From Deltaproteobacteria bacterium (GTDB lineage: Bacteria; Myxococcota_A; Polyangia; DRWM01; JAAZOP01), in the NCBI GenBank assembly GCA_016218765.1, contig JACRCZ010000118.1, positions 1,772 to 65,771 of the forward strand: a stretch of DNA of 64,000 nt, read 5' to 3'. A program made the position numbers and the translations under genes. Position 1 is the first letter of the stretch. Each line of letters starts with the position of its first letter. The notes below the pieces were generated by a model, which saw only the letters and a list, made by a program, of their open reading frames with translations, was not told the origin of the DNA and searched no databases. Of this stretch, positions 17,136 through 26,269 are shown in pieces.

Positions 17136-18224
17136 ATGGGATTCCGAGGGTTCCTTGCACTGATCGCGATGACGGCCGCGGCGGGCTGCTCGCCCGAGGA
17201 CGACGAGGTGGGCTCGACCGACGGCGGGTGCTCGGCCGCGAGCTGCGCGAGCGCGTGTCGCGGCGCGGGTCTGCCGGGCGGCTTCTGCCTGGGAAGTCTG
17301 TGCGTCTGCGAGGGGAGCGACGGCGGCACCGACACCGACGCCGCGGACATCGCCGATCGCGCGCCTTCGGACGTCCCGGCCGAGCAATGCGACGTCGACA
17401 TCCTCTTCGTCTACGACACGTCCGGCTCGATGATGGACGCGGTCGGGCCGTTGACGACCGAGGCGTTTCCTGGTTTCGCGGACGCGCTGGCGGCCTACCC
17501 GCACCTGGGCACGGTCCACGTCGGGGTGAAGACCAACCTCTTCGGCGAGCACGCCTTCGAGAACGGCGGTGTCGGGTTCTCCTGCGACGGGGGGGTCGAG
17601 GAGACCGTCCAGACGTCGCTGTTCCTCACCAGCGGCTGGGACCTGGGCGAGCCGCACGACGCGCACTGCTGCGAGGAAATCCCGCCGCTCGACTGCGGCT
17701 TTGCCTCGGGGCAGCGGTGGATCGAGGGTCCATCGGCGACGATGCTCGACGAGTTCGCCTGTGCGGCCAACGTCCCCTGCCAGCAGGACGTGATGGCCGG
17801 CGAGCCGACGCTGGAGGCGGGGCTGCGGGGGCTCCAGCACGACGGCAACGCGGGGTTCCTGCGCGAAGGCGCCGTGCTGCTCACGGTGTTCATCACCGAC
17901 GAGGAGGACCAGTCGAGCCAGACGATCCGGTCGTTGCACGACGGGCTGGTCGCCCTCAAGGGCGGCGACGAGCGGTACGTCGGTGTGGTGACGATCGGCG
18001 GCCCGAGGGTGGGGACGGAAGAGGTCAACTCCGTGACGGGCGCCATGGGCTGCTTCGGCACGTACGGCGGCACGGAGGAGACGCCGCGGATCATGGACTT
18101 CACGGCCCTCTTCGGCGACAAGGGCGTGCACTACGAGATGTGCGGGGACAACGACCTCTCCGGCGCGCTCACCGCGGGCCTGGACATGCTCAAGCTGCGC
18201 TGCGACGAGATCATCTTCCTGTAG
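17136..18224 (+). CDS. Lipoprotein: defensin-like 6-Cys knot plus vWA-like domain
   Basis: RBS GGGAGGTGGGAG. Lipobox MTAAAGC. Knot spacing C-x4-C-x3-C-x9-C-x4-C-x-C. MIDAS-like motif DILFVYDTSGSM. Confidence 0.7.
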   Translation: MGFRGFLALIAMTAAAGCSPEDDEVGSTDGGCSAASCASACRGAGLPGGFCLGSLCVCEGSDGGTDTDAADIADRAPSDVPAEQCDVDILFVYDTSGSMMDAVGPLTTEAFPGFADALAAYPHLGTVHVGVKTNLFGEHAFENGGVGFSCDGGVEETVQTSLFLTSGWDLGEPHDAHCCEEIPPLDCGFASGQRWIEGPSATMLDEFACAANVPCQQDVMAGEPTLEAGLRGLQHDGNAGFLREGAVLLTVFITDEEDQSSQTIRSLHDGLVALKGGDERYVGVVTIGGPRVGTEEVNSVTGAMGCFGTYGGTEETPRIMDFTALFGDKGVHYEMCGDNDLSGALTAGLDMLKLRCDEIIFL

Positions 18225-18307
18225 CTCGCGGCGTTGACTTCCCTCTGATCGTCACGAAGTTGGCGGCGCGGCCTGACCGAGGAATTGCGGGCCGCGGGAG
18301 GATGGCG

Positions 18308-18604
18308 ATGGACAACGACCTCGAGAACGGACCGACCTGCTACGAGGACGGGTGCGAGGGCGGGAGGTGCGGCGACGCCGCCCCGTGCCTCGTTATCGGC
18401 ACTACCTGCGACGGCCCGAACGCCCCGGCGGTGTCCAGCGACTGCGGCATCAACTCCGGCGTGGTGCGCGCGTGGTCGTCCCGGGCGGTCGGGCACGGGG
18501 CTCCCTGGGCTTCGCGCGAGACGCTGCGGGTGGTCTGCTGCGACGACTGCTCCGTGCGGGAGGAGCAGCTCGTGGAAGCGCCGGAGCCTGCGTCCCCCGG
18601 CTGA
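18308..18604 (+). CDS. Small Cys-rich hypothetical protein
   Basis: ATG at 18308 (or 18302) after GGGAGG. High GC3. 10 Cys residues in about 98 aa. No family recognised. Confidence 0.4.
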   Translation: MDNDLENGPTCYEDGCEGGRCGDAAPCLVIGTTCDGPNAPAVSSDCGINSGVVRAWSSRAVGHGAPWASRETLRVVCCDDCSVREEQLVEAPEPASPG

Positions 18605-18655
18605 ACTACCGATCCCACGGTTCATGACAACGCGTCAGCCTTCTCCGGGCCGGAC

Positions 18656-18702
18656 GAGGAGAGGTGGAGAGGTCGGCTGGAGAGCTGGGGAGGTGCGATG
18701 GT
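18656..18702. repeat. Dispersed repeat family B copy
   Basis: GAGAGGTGGAGAGGTCGGCTGGAGAGCTGGGGAGGTGCGATGG. Confidence 0.7.
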
Positions 18703-18790
18703 GACACCCTTCCCCGCGGCCTTCGCTCGCGTTTGCCCCACCCCCCACCCCGCGCTACGCTGGTCCATCGAGTCGCTCGAGGAGGACGCC

Positions 18791-19888
18791 ATGGAATCGA
18801 ACCGCCCGCTCGTGCTCGTTTTCGCGGCGCTCGGCGCCGTCGTCGTCGCGGTCGTCGCCGGCTGCGGCAGGGAGTGCCCCGCTTCGTGCGGGGAAGGCAT
18901 GATGTGCATCGACGGCGCGTGCGTGTCCGCCTGCAACCCGCCGTGTCCCGCGACCATGCACTGCAATCCGGAACGGAATGCCTGCGAGCCGTTCGGCTCG
19001 GACGCCGACGCGGATGCAGATGCGCCCCTCGACGAGCTCGGGGCAGGGGATGCCGATGCGGATGCCCCCCTCGACGAGCTCGGGGCAGGGGATGCCGATG
19101 CGGATGCCCCCCTCGACGAGCTCGGGGCAGGGGATGCCGATGCAGGCCCGCCCGTCGTGGACCTCGTGCTTCTCGTGGAGAACGCCGGTTCGTGGTCCGT
19201 CGAGCGAGCGAACCTCGAGGCGTCGCTCGACACTTTGATGGCCCGGTACGGGTCCGGCGCGTACGGCTGGGATCTGGCGATCGGGGTGGCGCACTTCGGG
19301 GACTTCCCGGTCACGCCCCACGGTTCGCGCGGGGATCAGATTTTCGGCGTCGTGCAGGTCGTGAGCACTTCGCTGGCGAGCGCGGTCGCGGCGGTGGCGA
19401 CGGTGCCGTATCTGGCCGGGGGCGACGCGCAGGACGGCGCGGTGGAGGGACTGTACCGCCTGGCGACCGCCGCGCCGCTGCCGCCGTACTGGACGCCGAC
19501 GGGCCCGTGCCCGACGGGGGGTCTGGGGGCGCTGTGTTTCCGTCCGGGATCGCAGCGTTTCGTGCTGATGTTCACGGACTCCGAGATGCACAACGGTCCG
19601 CCCGACGGCCTGTACGAGCCCTGGTCATCGGCGGTGCTGCCCAGCAGCGGCGCGCTGGCGACCTACCCTGGCGCCATCGCGGCGCTGCACGCGGCCGGCG
19701 TCCGCGTCATCGTGATCGACACGTGGGACCAGGATTACCTGCTGGTTCACGAGCAGTGTGCGGCGCTGGCGGCGGACTCCGGTGCGGTCACGGCGAGCGG
19801 TTCCGCCAGCTACCAGCTTCCCGGCATGTCGGACGCCCCGCAGGATCTCGGTTTCGTGCTCGACACGATTGCGGAGCTTTTGCCGTAG
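18791..19888 (+). CDS. Lipoprotein with a degenerate vWA-like domain and a PLDELGAG tandem repeat
   Basis: RBS GGAGGA. Lipobox VVAGC. 3 x DADADAPLDELGAG. VDLVLLVENAGS replaces DxSGS. Confidence 0.65.
   Translation: MESNRPLVLVFAALGAVVVAVVAGCGRECPASCGEGMMCIDGACVSACNPPCPATMHCNPERNACEPFGSDADADADAPLDELGAGDADADAPLDELGAGDADADAPLDELGAGDADAGPPVVDLVLLVENAGSWSVERANLEASLDTLMARYGSGAYGWDLAIGVAHFGDFPVTPHGSRGDQIFGVVQVVSTSLASAVAAVATVPYLAGGDAQDGAVEGLYRLATAAPLPPYWTPTGPCPTGGLGALCFRPGSQRFVLMFTDSEMHNGPPDGLYEPWSSAVLPSSGALATYPGAIAALHAAGVRVIVIDTWDQDYLLVHEQCAALAADSGAVTASGSASYQLPGMSDAPQDLGFVLDTIAELLP
19001..19144 (+). repeat. In-frame 42-nt tandem repeat (GATGCCGATGCGGATGCCCCCCTCGACGAGCTCGGGGCAGGG) x3
   Basis: Read directly in the DNA. 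The same core recurs in the next gene and in intergenic copies. Confidence 0.9.
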
Positions 19889-20084
19889 GGCCGGCGCTGC
19901 GGCGCCCGGAGTTGCGCGGGCACGGCTGCGACAGGCAACAGGCAACAGGCAACGATCATCGCCCGGTGTCGGGGGCGGCGGGGGGCGGACCCTTCATTTC
20001 GTGGCCTACATGGTGGCCGGCTTGCCCTTGGCTCCCGCGCGTGACTGGGGTATGGTGGGCCTCGCCGGAGGAGAAGGGAGTCCG

Positions 20085-21299
20085 ATGATGTCGACGTGCC
20101 GTGCCATGGCCGCTGCCGGTCTGCTTTGCGCGTTGCTCGTCTCGTGCAACGACTCGGTCGGGAACGTGGCGTGTCCCGACGCCTGTGGCCCCTGCCAGGA
20201 ATGCTACTACGGCGTCTGCGTCCCCGACCCCGAGTGCGACGCCGGCACCGACGGCGCGGCGGACGCGCCTCTTGACGAGTTCGAGGCAGGGGACGACGTC
20301 CCGGACTCGTGGGACGAGTTCGCCCCGGAGGCGGAGGCGGACGCCGGACCGGACGCGCCCCTCGACGAGCTCGGGGCAGGGGATGCCCCCCTCGACGAGC
20401 TCGGGGCAGGGGATGCCGACGCCGACGCTCCCCTCGACGAGCTCGGGGCAGGGGATGCCGACGCCGATGCCCCCCTCGACGAGCTCGGGGCAGGGGACGC
20501 GGATGCCGGCTGCGATCCGAGCGTTTGGCGGGCTTTCCCGGGGACGGGGGTGCCGCTGGCGATCCCCGACGACAACGACACCGGAGTACTGAGCACCGTC
20601 GCCGTCTCCGGTTGTCCTGAGATCGCGGAGGACATCCTGGTCGAGGTGCACATCGTGCACGGATTCCGCGGCGACTTGCTCGTGACGTTGATCGCCCCGG
20701 ATTTTTCGGAGACGGTCCTGCACAACCAGGCGGGAGGCAGCGAAGACAACGTGGACGGCATCTATTCCGTCACGCTGTCCCCCAGCCGCAGTCTGTGCGC
20801 CGGTCTGCCGCGGCTTACCGCCGGCACGTGGGGGCTGCGCGTCATCGACGGCATGCCCAGCGACACCGGGGTCCTCACCTCATGGACGCTCTCGCTGCGG
20901 GGCGCCCGCGAGCGCTGCCCCGGCGGGCCCCATCCGTCCACCGACGCCTTCCCGATTCCCATCCCTGACGACAATCCCATCGGCGCCCGCAGCACCGTGA
21001 GCGTCTCCGGATCCGGCGCCCTTTCGCGCGTCGCAGTGTTCGTCGACATCCAGCACGAGTATCTGGGCGATCTGACGGTCTACCTCCAGTCGCCGGCAGG
21101 CACCAACGTCATTCTGCACGACCGGAGCGGCAGTTTCGACGACGACATCAACACCGTCTACCCCGTCGAGACTCCTGCGGCGGAATCGCTCGCCGCGCTT
21201 GTCGGCTCCGAGCGTCGCGGCACGTGGACGCTGTACGCCATCGACACGGGCGCGGCCTACTCCGGGAACATCCTGCGCTGGACGCTGTACGTCGAGTAG
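20085..21299 (+). CDS. Lipoprotein with two proprotein-convertase P-domains and no protease domain
   Basis: RBS GGAGGAGAAGGGAG. Lipobox LLVSC. Two copies of ..V.V.I.H...GDL.V.L..P.G......GTW.L...D....G.L..W.L. Confidence 0.75.
   Translation: MMSTCRAMAAAGLLCALLVSCNDSVGNVACPDACGPCQECYYGVCVPDPECDAGTDGAADAPLDEFEAGDDVPDSWDEFAPEAEADAGPDAPLDELGAGDAPLDELGAGDADADAPLDELGAGDADADAPLDELGAGDADAGCDPSVWRAFPGTGVPLAIPDDNDTGVLSTVAVSGCPEIAEDILVEVHIVHGFRGDLLVTLIAPDFSETVLHNQAGGSEDNVDGIYSVTLSPSRSLCAGLPRLTAGTWGLRVIDGMPSDTGVLTSWTLSLRGARERCPGGPHPSTDAFPIPIPDDNPIGARSTVSVSGSGALSRVAVFVDIQHEYLGDLTVYLQSPAGTNVILHDRSGSFDDDINTVYPVETPAAESLAALVGSERRGTWTLYAIDTGAAYSGNILRWTLYVE
20262..20504 (+). repeat. In-frame PLDE(L/F)(G/E)AG repeat array (about 5 copies, 30/42-nt units)
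   Basis: CTCGACGAGCTCGGGGCAGGGGA occurs at about 20361, 20391, 20433 and 20475. A degenerate copy lies at about 20267. Confidence 0.9.
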
Positions 21300-21305
21300 C
21301 AGCCC

Positions 21306-23381
21306 TTACCTCGCCTCGAACACCCAGGCCGTGGACACTCTTCGGTAGCGGCAGTTCTGGGCCGCGACCGCCCACTGGTACCGGCGTCCCGCCTCGCGTC
21401 CCGTCCACTCCTCGGTCGCCACAGTCCCGGAGAGGACGCCCTCTCGCCGCGCGACGGTTTCGAAGTCGGCCGCCGGCGCTTCGTACGGCACGACGAAGTC
21501 GCTGTCGGCGTCCGTTTCCCACTCCTCGCGCAGCGTGGAGTACGTCCGCACGTGCACTTCCCCCCGCGCGGGCGAGAACTGCATCAGGCGCAGCCACCCG
21601 TCCCCCCCGCCGTCGCGGCCCGGGTAGTCCGCGAGCAGGGTGTGGATCGTGTGTCCGTCGAAGGTGTCGGACCGTCGCCCTTCCCCGTGGATGTGTCCGC
21701 AGAGCATGAGATCGAGCTGCGGGAGGTCCCGAAGTGCCTCGTACGTCGCGCGTCCCTGCGCGCTCCAGGCCCCCGGATCGCCGATTCCGATCAGGGAGTG
21801 CAGGGTGACGAGCGCGTGGTGTCCGGGATGTCCCGCGATGACGTCGTGGGCCCAGGCCAGGACGTCCGGGTCGGCGCCGGTGTCGTATTCCAGGAACAGG
21901 GCCAGGTACGAGGAGTCGCCCGCCGTGAACTCGATCCAGTGGTTGTCGTTGTCGGCGCCGTAGTGTCCGCCGTAGTACGAGCGTGCGGCGAAGCGGTCGA
22001 CGCCGAAGGTCGCGTTGTAGAGGTCGGTGGTCCCGCCGATCTGGTCGTGGTTGCCGACGGCGAGTCCGTACGGCATCCCGTCCGGCCGCCCGGGGAGGGG
22101 GTCCTCCAGGACGGACATGGCGGCTTCCGCGTTGGCCCACTGGGTCGCGCTGGTGCCGTTGTCGGTGATGTCGCCTTCGTGCAGCACGGCGCGGATGTTA
22201 TAGCGCTCGGCGTTCGCGCGCACCCAGGTCGTCTGGTCCAGGAACGTCGCGGGGTGGGTGGCCGAGTAGTACTGGGTGTCGGGCAGGGCGACGATGGAGA
22301 AGTCGGGATCGACGGGCCGACCCAGGAACTCGACGGTCAGCGGCTGCTCGCCCCGCGCTTCGACCCACACGGACAGCGGGACGTTTCCCGCGGGCACGAT
22401 TGCCCCGTCGGCCGGCCCGACGAGCGCGATGGCCGGCGGGTCGAGGAGCTGGAACGGCGCGGTTTCGTCGGTCCAGACGGCCCCCGAGACGGCGCCGTCA
22501 TGTCCGCCGTGCGAATCGGCCGCGGCCGCTCCCGCCGTTTCGTCGAGGGCCCACCGCGCCACGAGTCCCTCGGCGTCGCCCGGCGGTCCTGCCATTCCCG
22601 CCGCGAGCTCGTCCTCCGTCCGCGCCCGATCCCAGATCCGGACCTCGTCCAGCTCGCCCGCGAAGGCGCCTTCCGCGGTGCCGCTCGAGTCGAACGCGGT
22701 TCCGAGGCCGACGTGCTGGACGCTGTCGAGGCGCGGGGTGGCCGCGACGGTGCGTTCGGCGTCGAGGGTCCCGTCGAGGTAGAGGCGCCACGTGGTGCCG
22801 TCGTAGGTGGCGGCCGCGTGGCGCCACACTCCGGGTTCCAGGGGGGTGGCGCCTGCGACGGGGTGGTTCGAGCCGTCGGCCAGGTCCTCGAAGTCCGCCG
22901 TGAGGACGTGGTCGCCCTCGCGGATCCCGAGCAGGTAGTTGCAGTCCACGTCGCTCCCGTCGGACTCTCCCCGTCCCTTGGCCAGGATGGGGATCGCCGA
23001 GACCCCGCCGCTCCCCGAGCCGGCCGCCGTCCCTTCCCCCGACCACCGCACCCACGCTTCCAGGGTGAACTGTGGCAGGCCCAGCCCGGCGGTGCCGGCG
23101 ACTTCGACGCGATCCTCGACCCCGTCGAAGGAGAGGGCCCCGCCGGTCATCGCGGGGCATTCGAACTCGGGGGCTGCGTCCTCGCCGGCATCGGCGTCGT
23201 ATGCCCCGAGCTCGTCGGCGGGTGCATCGTTGTCGGCGTCGGCGGCGCCGTCGCCCGCGGTATCGGCGTCTGCGCCCGGACCGCCGTCGTCGGTCTCGTG
23301 TGCCAGCTCTCCGCCGCACGACACCGCGAGCAGGGCAACCGCCCAAGCCCGCCATCCCCGCGGCCGTGATGGCTTCACCAC
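21306..23381 (-). CDS. Lipoprotein: LamG/concanavalin-like domain plus calcineurin-like metallophosphoesterase
   Basis: GTG at 23381 after AAGGAGAG. Lipobox LLAVSC. LamG-like segment LDEVRIWDRA. Phosphoesterase motifs GDITDNG, GNHD and CGHIHG. Confidence 0.8.
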   Translation of the reverse strand: MVKPSRPRGWRAWAVALLAVSCGGELAHETDDGGPGADADTAGDGAADADNDAPADELGAYDADAGEDAAPEFECPAMTGGALSFDGVEDRVEVAGTAGLGLPQFTLEAWVRWSGEGTAAGSGSGGVSAIPILAKGRGESDGSDVDCNYLLGIREGDHVLTADFEDLADGSNHPVAGATPLEPGVWRHAAATYDGTTWRLYLDGTLDAERTVAATPRLDSVQHVGLGTAFDSSGTAEGAFAGELDEVRIWDRARTEDELAAGMAGPPGDAEGLVARWALDETAGAAAADSHGGHDGAVSGAVWTDETAPFQLLDPPAIALVGPADGAIVPAGNVPLSVWVEARGEQPLTVEFLGRPVDPDFSIVALPDTQYYSATHPATFLDQTTWVRANAERYNIRAVLHEGDITDNGTSATQWANAEAAMSVLEDPLPGRPDGMPYGLAVGNHDQIGGTTDLYNATFGVDRFAARSYYGGHYGADNDNHWIEFTAGDSSYLALFLEYDTGADPDVLAWAHDVIAGHPGHHALVTLHSLIGIGDPGAWSAQGRATYEALRDLPQLDLMLCGHIHGEGRRSDTFDGHTIHTLLADYPGRDGGGDGWLRLMQFSPARGEVHVRTYSTLREEWETDADSDFVVPYEAPAADFETVARREGVLSGTVATEEWTGREAGRRYQWAVAAQNCRYRRVSTAWVFEAR

Positions 23382-25453
23382 GACGGCTCTCCTTCGCCCA
23401 GCTCCAGGTATCCGCGATCCGGGGCGGCGCCGGCGAAGGCGGCGTTGATCCCCGGGAGCGGGACGGCGGCGTCGATGTTGGCGCTTCCGCCGCCCAGCCC
23501 GAACAACAATGCCGGCGGATCGATCAGTCCCGGGTCCGCCTCCGTCCCATGACACTCGAGCCCCGTTGCCGCGCACCACTCAGCCATTGTGTCGTAGCGG
23601 ACGTTGTTCCACTTGAAGTGCGGGCCGCCGTCGGTGCGCGTGGTGTACCAGTCGTCGTGGTCCATGTCGACGCCGACGATGGTGTACGAGCTGTCCTCGT
23701 AGGCGTAGCGGGTGCCGCGGATGATGTTGTTGCGGAAGACCATGTTCGTGTAGGGCCCGGAGACGTCCATGCCGTTCTGGTCGGCGATGTCGGTCCAGCA
23801 GGTATTGTGGTACAGGAAGCAGGGGCCGGACGAGTCGAGGGACACCTTGAATCCGGTTCCGGTGTAGTGTGTGAACCGGTTGCGTACGATCCAGACGGGG
23901 CCGACGGTGATGGGCGCGAGGCTCAGGCCCGAGTGCACGTAGTCGCAGGCGTTGCGCCAGAAGCGGACGTTGACGTTCGCGCCTTCCGGCTCGAGGCCGT
24001 CGTCGCCGATGGTGCGCATGACGTTTTCGTAGACGTCTGTTTCGAAGGCGAGTGTCTCGTCGAGCTGGGCGTCCCAGTCGCCGGTGTAGACGCCGTTGAA
24101 CACGTTTTCGATGCGGTTGTAGCGCACGAGGTTGCCCGCTCCGCCGCCGATGTTGATGGCGCTGTTCTCGTGGCTGGTTCCCTTGACGGCGTCCCACGGC
24201 CACTCGGCGACTGGGGGGTCGGCGATCCAGTTCTCCTCGATGAGGTTCCGGTCGGCGACGGTCCCTTCGCGTGCCAGCACGATGACGCCGCTGGGCAGAC
24301 CGTGGATGTGGTTGCGCCGGATGACGCAGTGCGACGCGTCGCGCAGGTAGAACGCCTTACCGTAGTCGCCCGACCCGAAGTAGCGGATCTCGAACCCTTC
24401 GACCCAGACGTACTCGACCTGGGACAGGTAGAACGCTTCCTCGTGGACGGGCACGTGGTAGACGTGGCCGCAGGGGCAGTCGAGCGAGCGGGTCCAGATG
24501 GTTCCGCCTTGCACGACCCACCCTTCGTCGATGGGCACGTCGTCGTCCCCGAGGCCCGCGCGGAGTCCGGCCAGGTCGTTGTAGCGGTAGAACCGGCGTC
24601 CGTCGCGCGCGAGGTAGCCCGGGGTGCCCGTGAACGGCGCGGAGGAGACGAGCGGGTCGGCGGCGTCGGTCACCCAGGGGAACCCGACGCGCTCGATTTC
24701 GGCGTCCGAGCCGTCGACGATCGCGCCGTCCTGGCCCAGCACCTGGATGAAGCGGCCCGGTTCGCCCGAGCGCGGGAACTCGACCGTCTCGCGGTAGATC
24801 CCCGGGTGCACGAGGACCTGGTCCCCCGGCCCGGCGGCGTTCACCCCGTCCTGGATGGCCGCGAACGGTGCCGTCTCGCTTCCGTCGCCTCCGGCGGCGG
24901 CCCCTGCCTGCACGTGGAGCGTGCGTTCCACGGCCGTCGGCGGGCGCAGCGGGTCGGTGGCGGCCGAGCACGCGTAGGTCGCCAGCACGGCGCCGCCGGC
25001 GTCGCGTGCGTCGACTTCGACTTCGTATTCCGTCGCGGGTGCGAGCCACAGCAGCGAGCCCTTGAGGCGTCCGCCGGTCACTGCGGCCAGGGGATGGCCT
25101 TCCGTCCAGGCTCCCGCGGCGATTTCCCGGTAGCGCACGGCGGTCCCCGTCGTCCCCGCCGGCGGGGCGTTGATATGCAGGCCCATCGCGTGGATCGTGG
25201 GGTAGAGGACGAGCTCGTCGCAGGTCCGCGGCCCGGTTCCGTCCGCCTCGCCGCCTCCGTCGTCCGGGACGACGATGTCCGGGGCCGTCCCGTCTTCCCG
25301 CGCGTCGGCGTCGGCGTCGGCGCCGCCGTCCGTGTCTCGCAGACTTTCGTCGGCTCCGGCGTCTTCTCCGCCGCCGGAGTCGCTGCAACCCGCGCCCCAA
25401 GCCGCGACGAGCGTCGCGAGCGTCATGCATCGTGTCGCACGATCGATTCGCAT
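23375..25453 (-). CDS. Lipoprotein with right-handed parallel beta-helix repeats
   Basis: ATG at 25453, 5 nt after AAGGAGG. Lipobox AAWGAGC. Asp-rich linker. Beta-helix-type NxxI/V repeats. Overlaps the downstream start by 7 nt. Confidence 0.75.
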   Translation of the reverse strand: MRIDRATRCMTLATLVAAWGAGCSDSGGGEDAGADESLRDTDGGADADADAREDGTAPDIVVPDDGGGEADGTGPRTCDELVLYPTIHAMGLHINAPPAGTTGTAVRYREIAAGAWTEGHPLAAVTGGRLKGSLLWLAPATEYEVEVDARDAGGAVLATYACSAATDPLRPPTAVERTLHVQAGAAAGGDGSETAPFAAIQDGVNAAGPGDQVLVHPGIYRETVEFPRSGEPGRFIQVLGQDGAIVDGSDAEIERVGFPWVTDAADPLVSSAPFTGTPGYLARDGRRFYRYNDLAGLRAGLGDDDVPIDEGWVVQGGTIWTRSLDCPCGHVYHVPVHEEAFYLSQVEYVWVEGFEIRYFGSGDYGKAFYLRDASHCVIRRNHIHGLPSGVIVLAREGTVADRNLIEENWIADPPVAEWPWDAVKGTSHENSAINIGGGAGNLVRYNRIENVFNGVYTGDWDAQLDETLAFETDVYENVMRTIGDDGLEPEGANVNVRFWRNACDYVHSGLSLAPITVGPVWIVRNRFTHYTGTGFKVSLDSSGPCFLYHNTCWTDIADQNGMDVSGPYTNMVFRNNIIRGTRYAYEDSSYTIVGVDMDHDDWYTTRTDGGPHFKWNNVRYDTMAEWCAATGLECHGTEADPGLIDPPALLFGLGGGSANIDAAVPLPGINAAFAGAAPDRGYLELGEGEPSW

Positions 25454-25612
25454 CGCATCCTCCTTCGCCGGTGGACGGATCCCGGGCCCGCGTGGGTAGG
25501 CTAGGCCATTGTGGGCCGAGCCGCAAACGCGGGGAGACCCGGCGGGTGGTTCTCCTGGACGATGCGTGGGGAATGGCGCAGACTCGGGAGCCTGCCGGGA
25601 AGGAGGAGTGGC

Positions 25613-26266
25613 ATGCCGAAGCCGATTGCCGTTTGCCTGGAGGATCCGGGCGCTCGCGCGGAGGCCGAGCGTTTCCTGCGGTGCGTCGCGGTTCCCGGCC
25701 GTCGTCCGGGGCTGCGCATCGATCCTGCCGGGGCGGTCACGTGGTGCAGCGAGGCTCCGGCGGCGTGCGAGCTGTGGGTTTCGGCCGACGACAAGCTCAT
25801 GCTTTTCCGTCCGGAGGCGGCGGTTGCGGTGCGCCTGCGGCGCGCCGGGCGGGTCCTCGACGTTCCCGAAGCGAAGCCTGTCGTCCTGCGGACCGGCGAC
25901 GAGGTCACGGTCGATCGCCGTACGTTGCGGGTCCACCTGCACGGCGAGGTTTCGAGCGTCGTGGCGCCGTCTCCGCTGCCGGCGGCCGAGCGTCCCGGCT
26001 CGCTGCGGCGTGCCGCCGCGGTGGTGGCGATCGGGGCCGCGGCGTTTGCTCCCGGCTGTGGCGGCTCGAGCGCCGGGACGCGCGCGCCGGATCCGGAGCC
26101 TGCCGATGCGTCGGTCGCGGTGGAGCCTGCCGATGCCGCCGTTGCGCCGGAGCCCGAGGCCGGCGAGCCCGACATCGAGATCCGCTACATTCCGCCGGCT
26201 CCCTCCGAGGACATGAAGCTCGTCGTTCCTCCGGCGGAGCCTCCCGCCGGTTCGCGCGAGGAGTGA
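25613..26266 (+). CDS. Hypothetical membrane protein (FHA-like N-terminal region, one TM segment)
   Basis: RBS AGGAGGAG. LRTGDEVTVDRRTLRVHL resembles an FHA C-terminal strand. TM segment AAAVVAIGAAAFA. Confidence 0.45.
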   Translation: MPKPIAVCLEDPGARAEAERFLRCVAVPGRRPGLRIDPAGAVTWCSEAPAACELWVSADDKLMLFRPEAAVAVRLRRAGRVLDVPEAKPVVLRTGDEVTVDRRTLRVHLHGEVSSVVAPSPLPAAERPGSLRRAAAVVAIGAAAFAPGCGGSSAGTRAPDPEPADASVAVEPADAAVAPEPEAGEPDIEIRYIPPAPSEDMKLVVPPAEPPAGSREE

Positions 26267-26269
26267 CGC

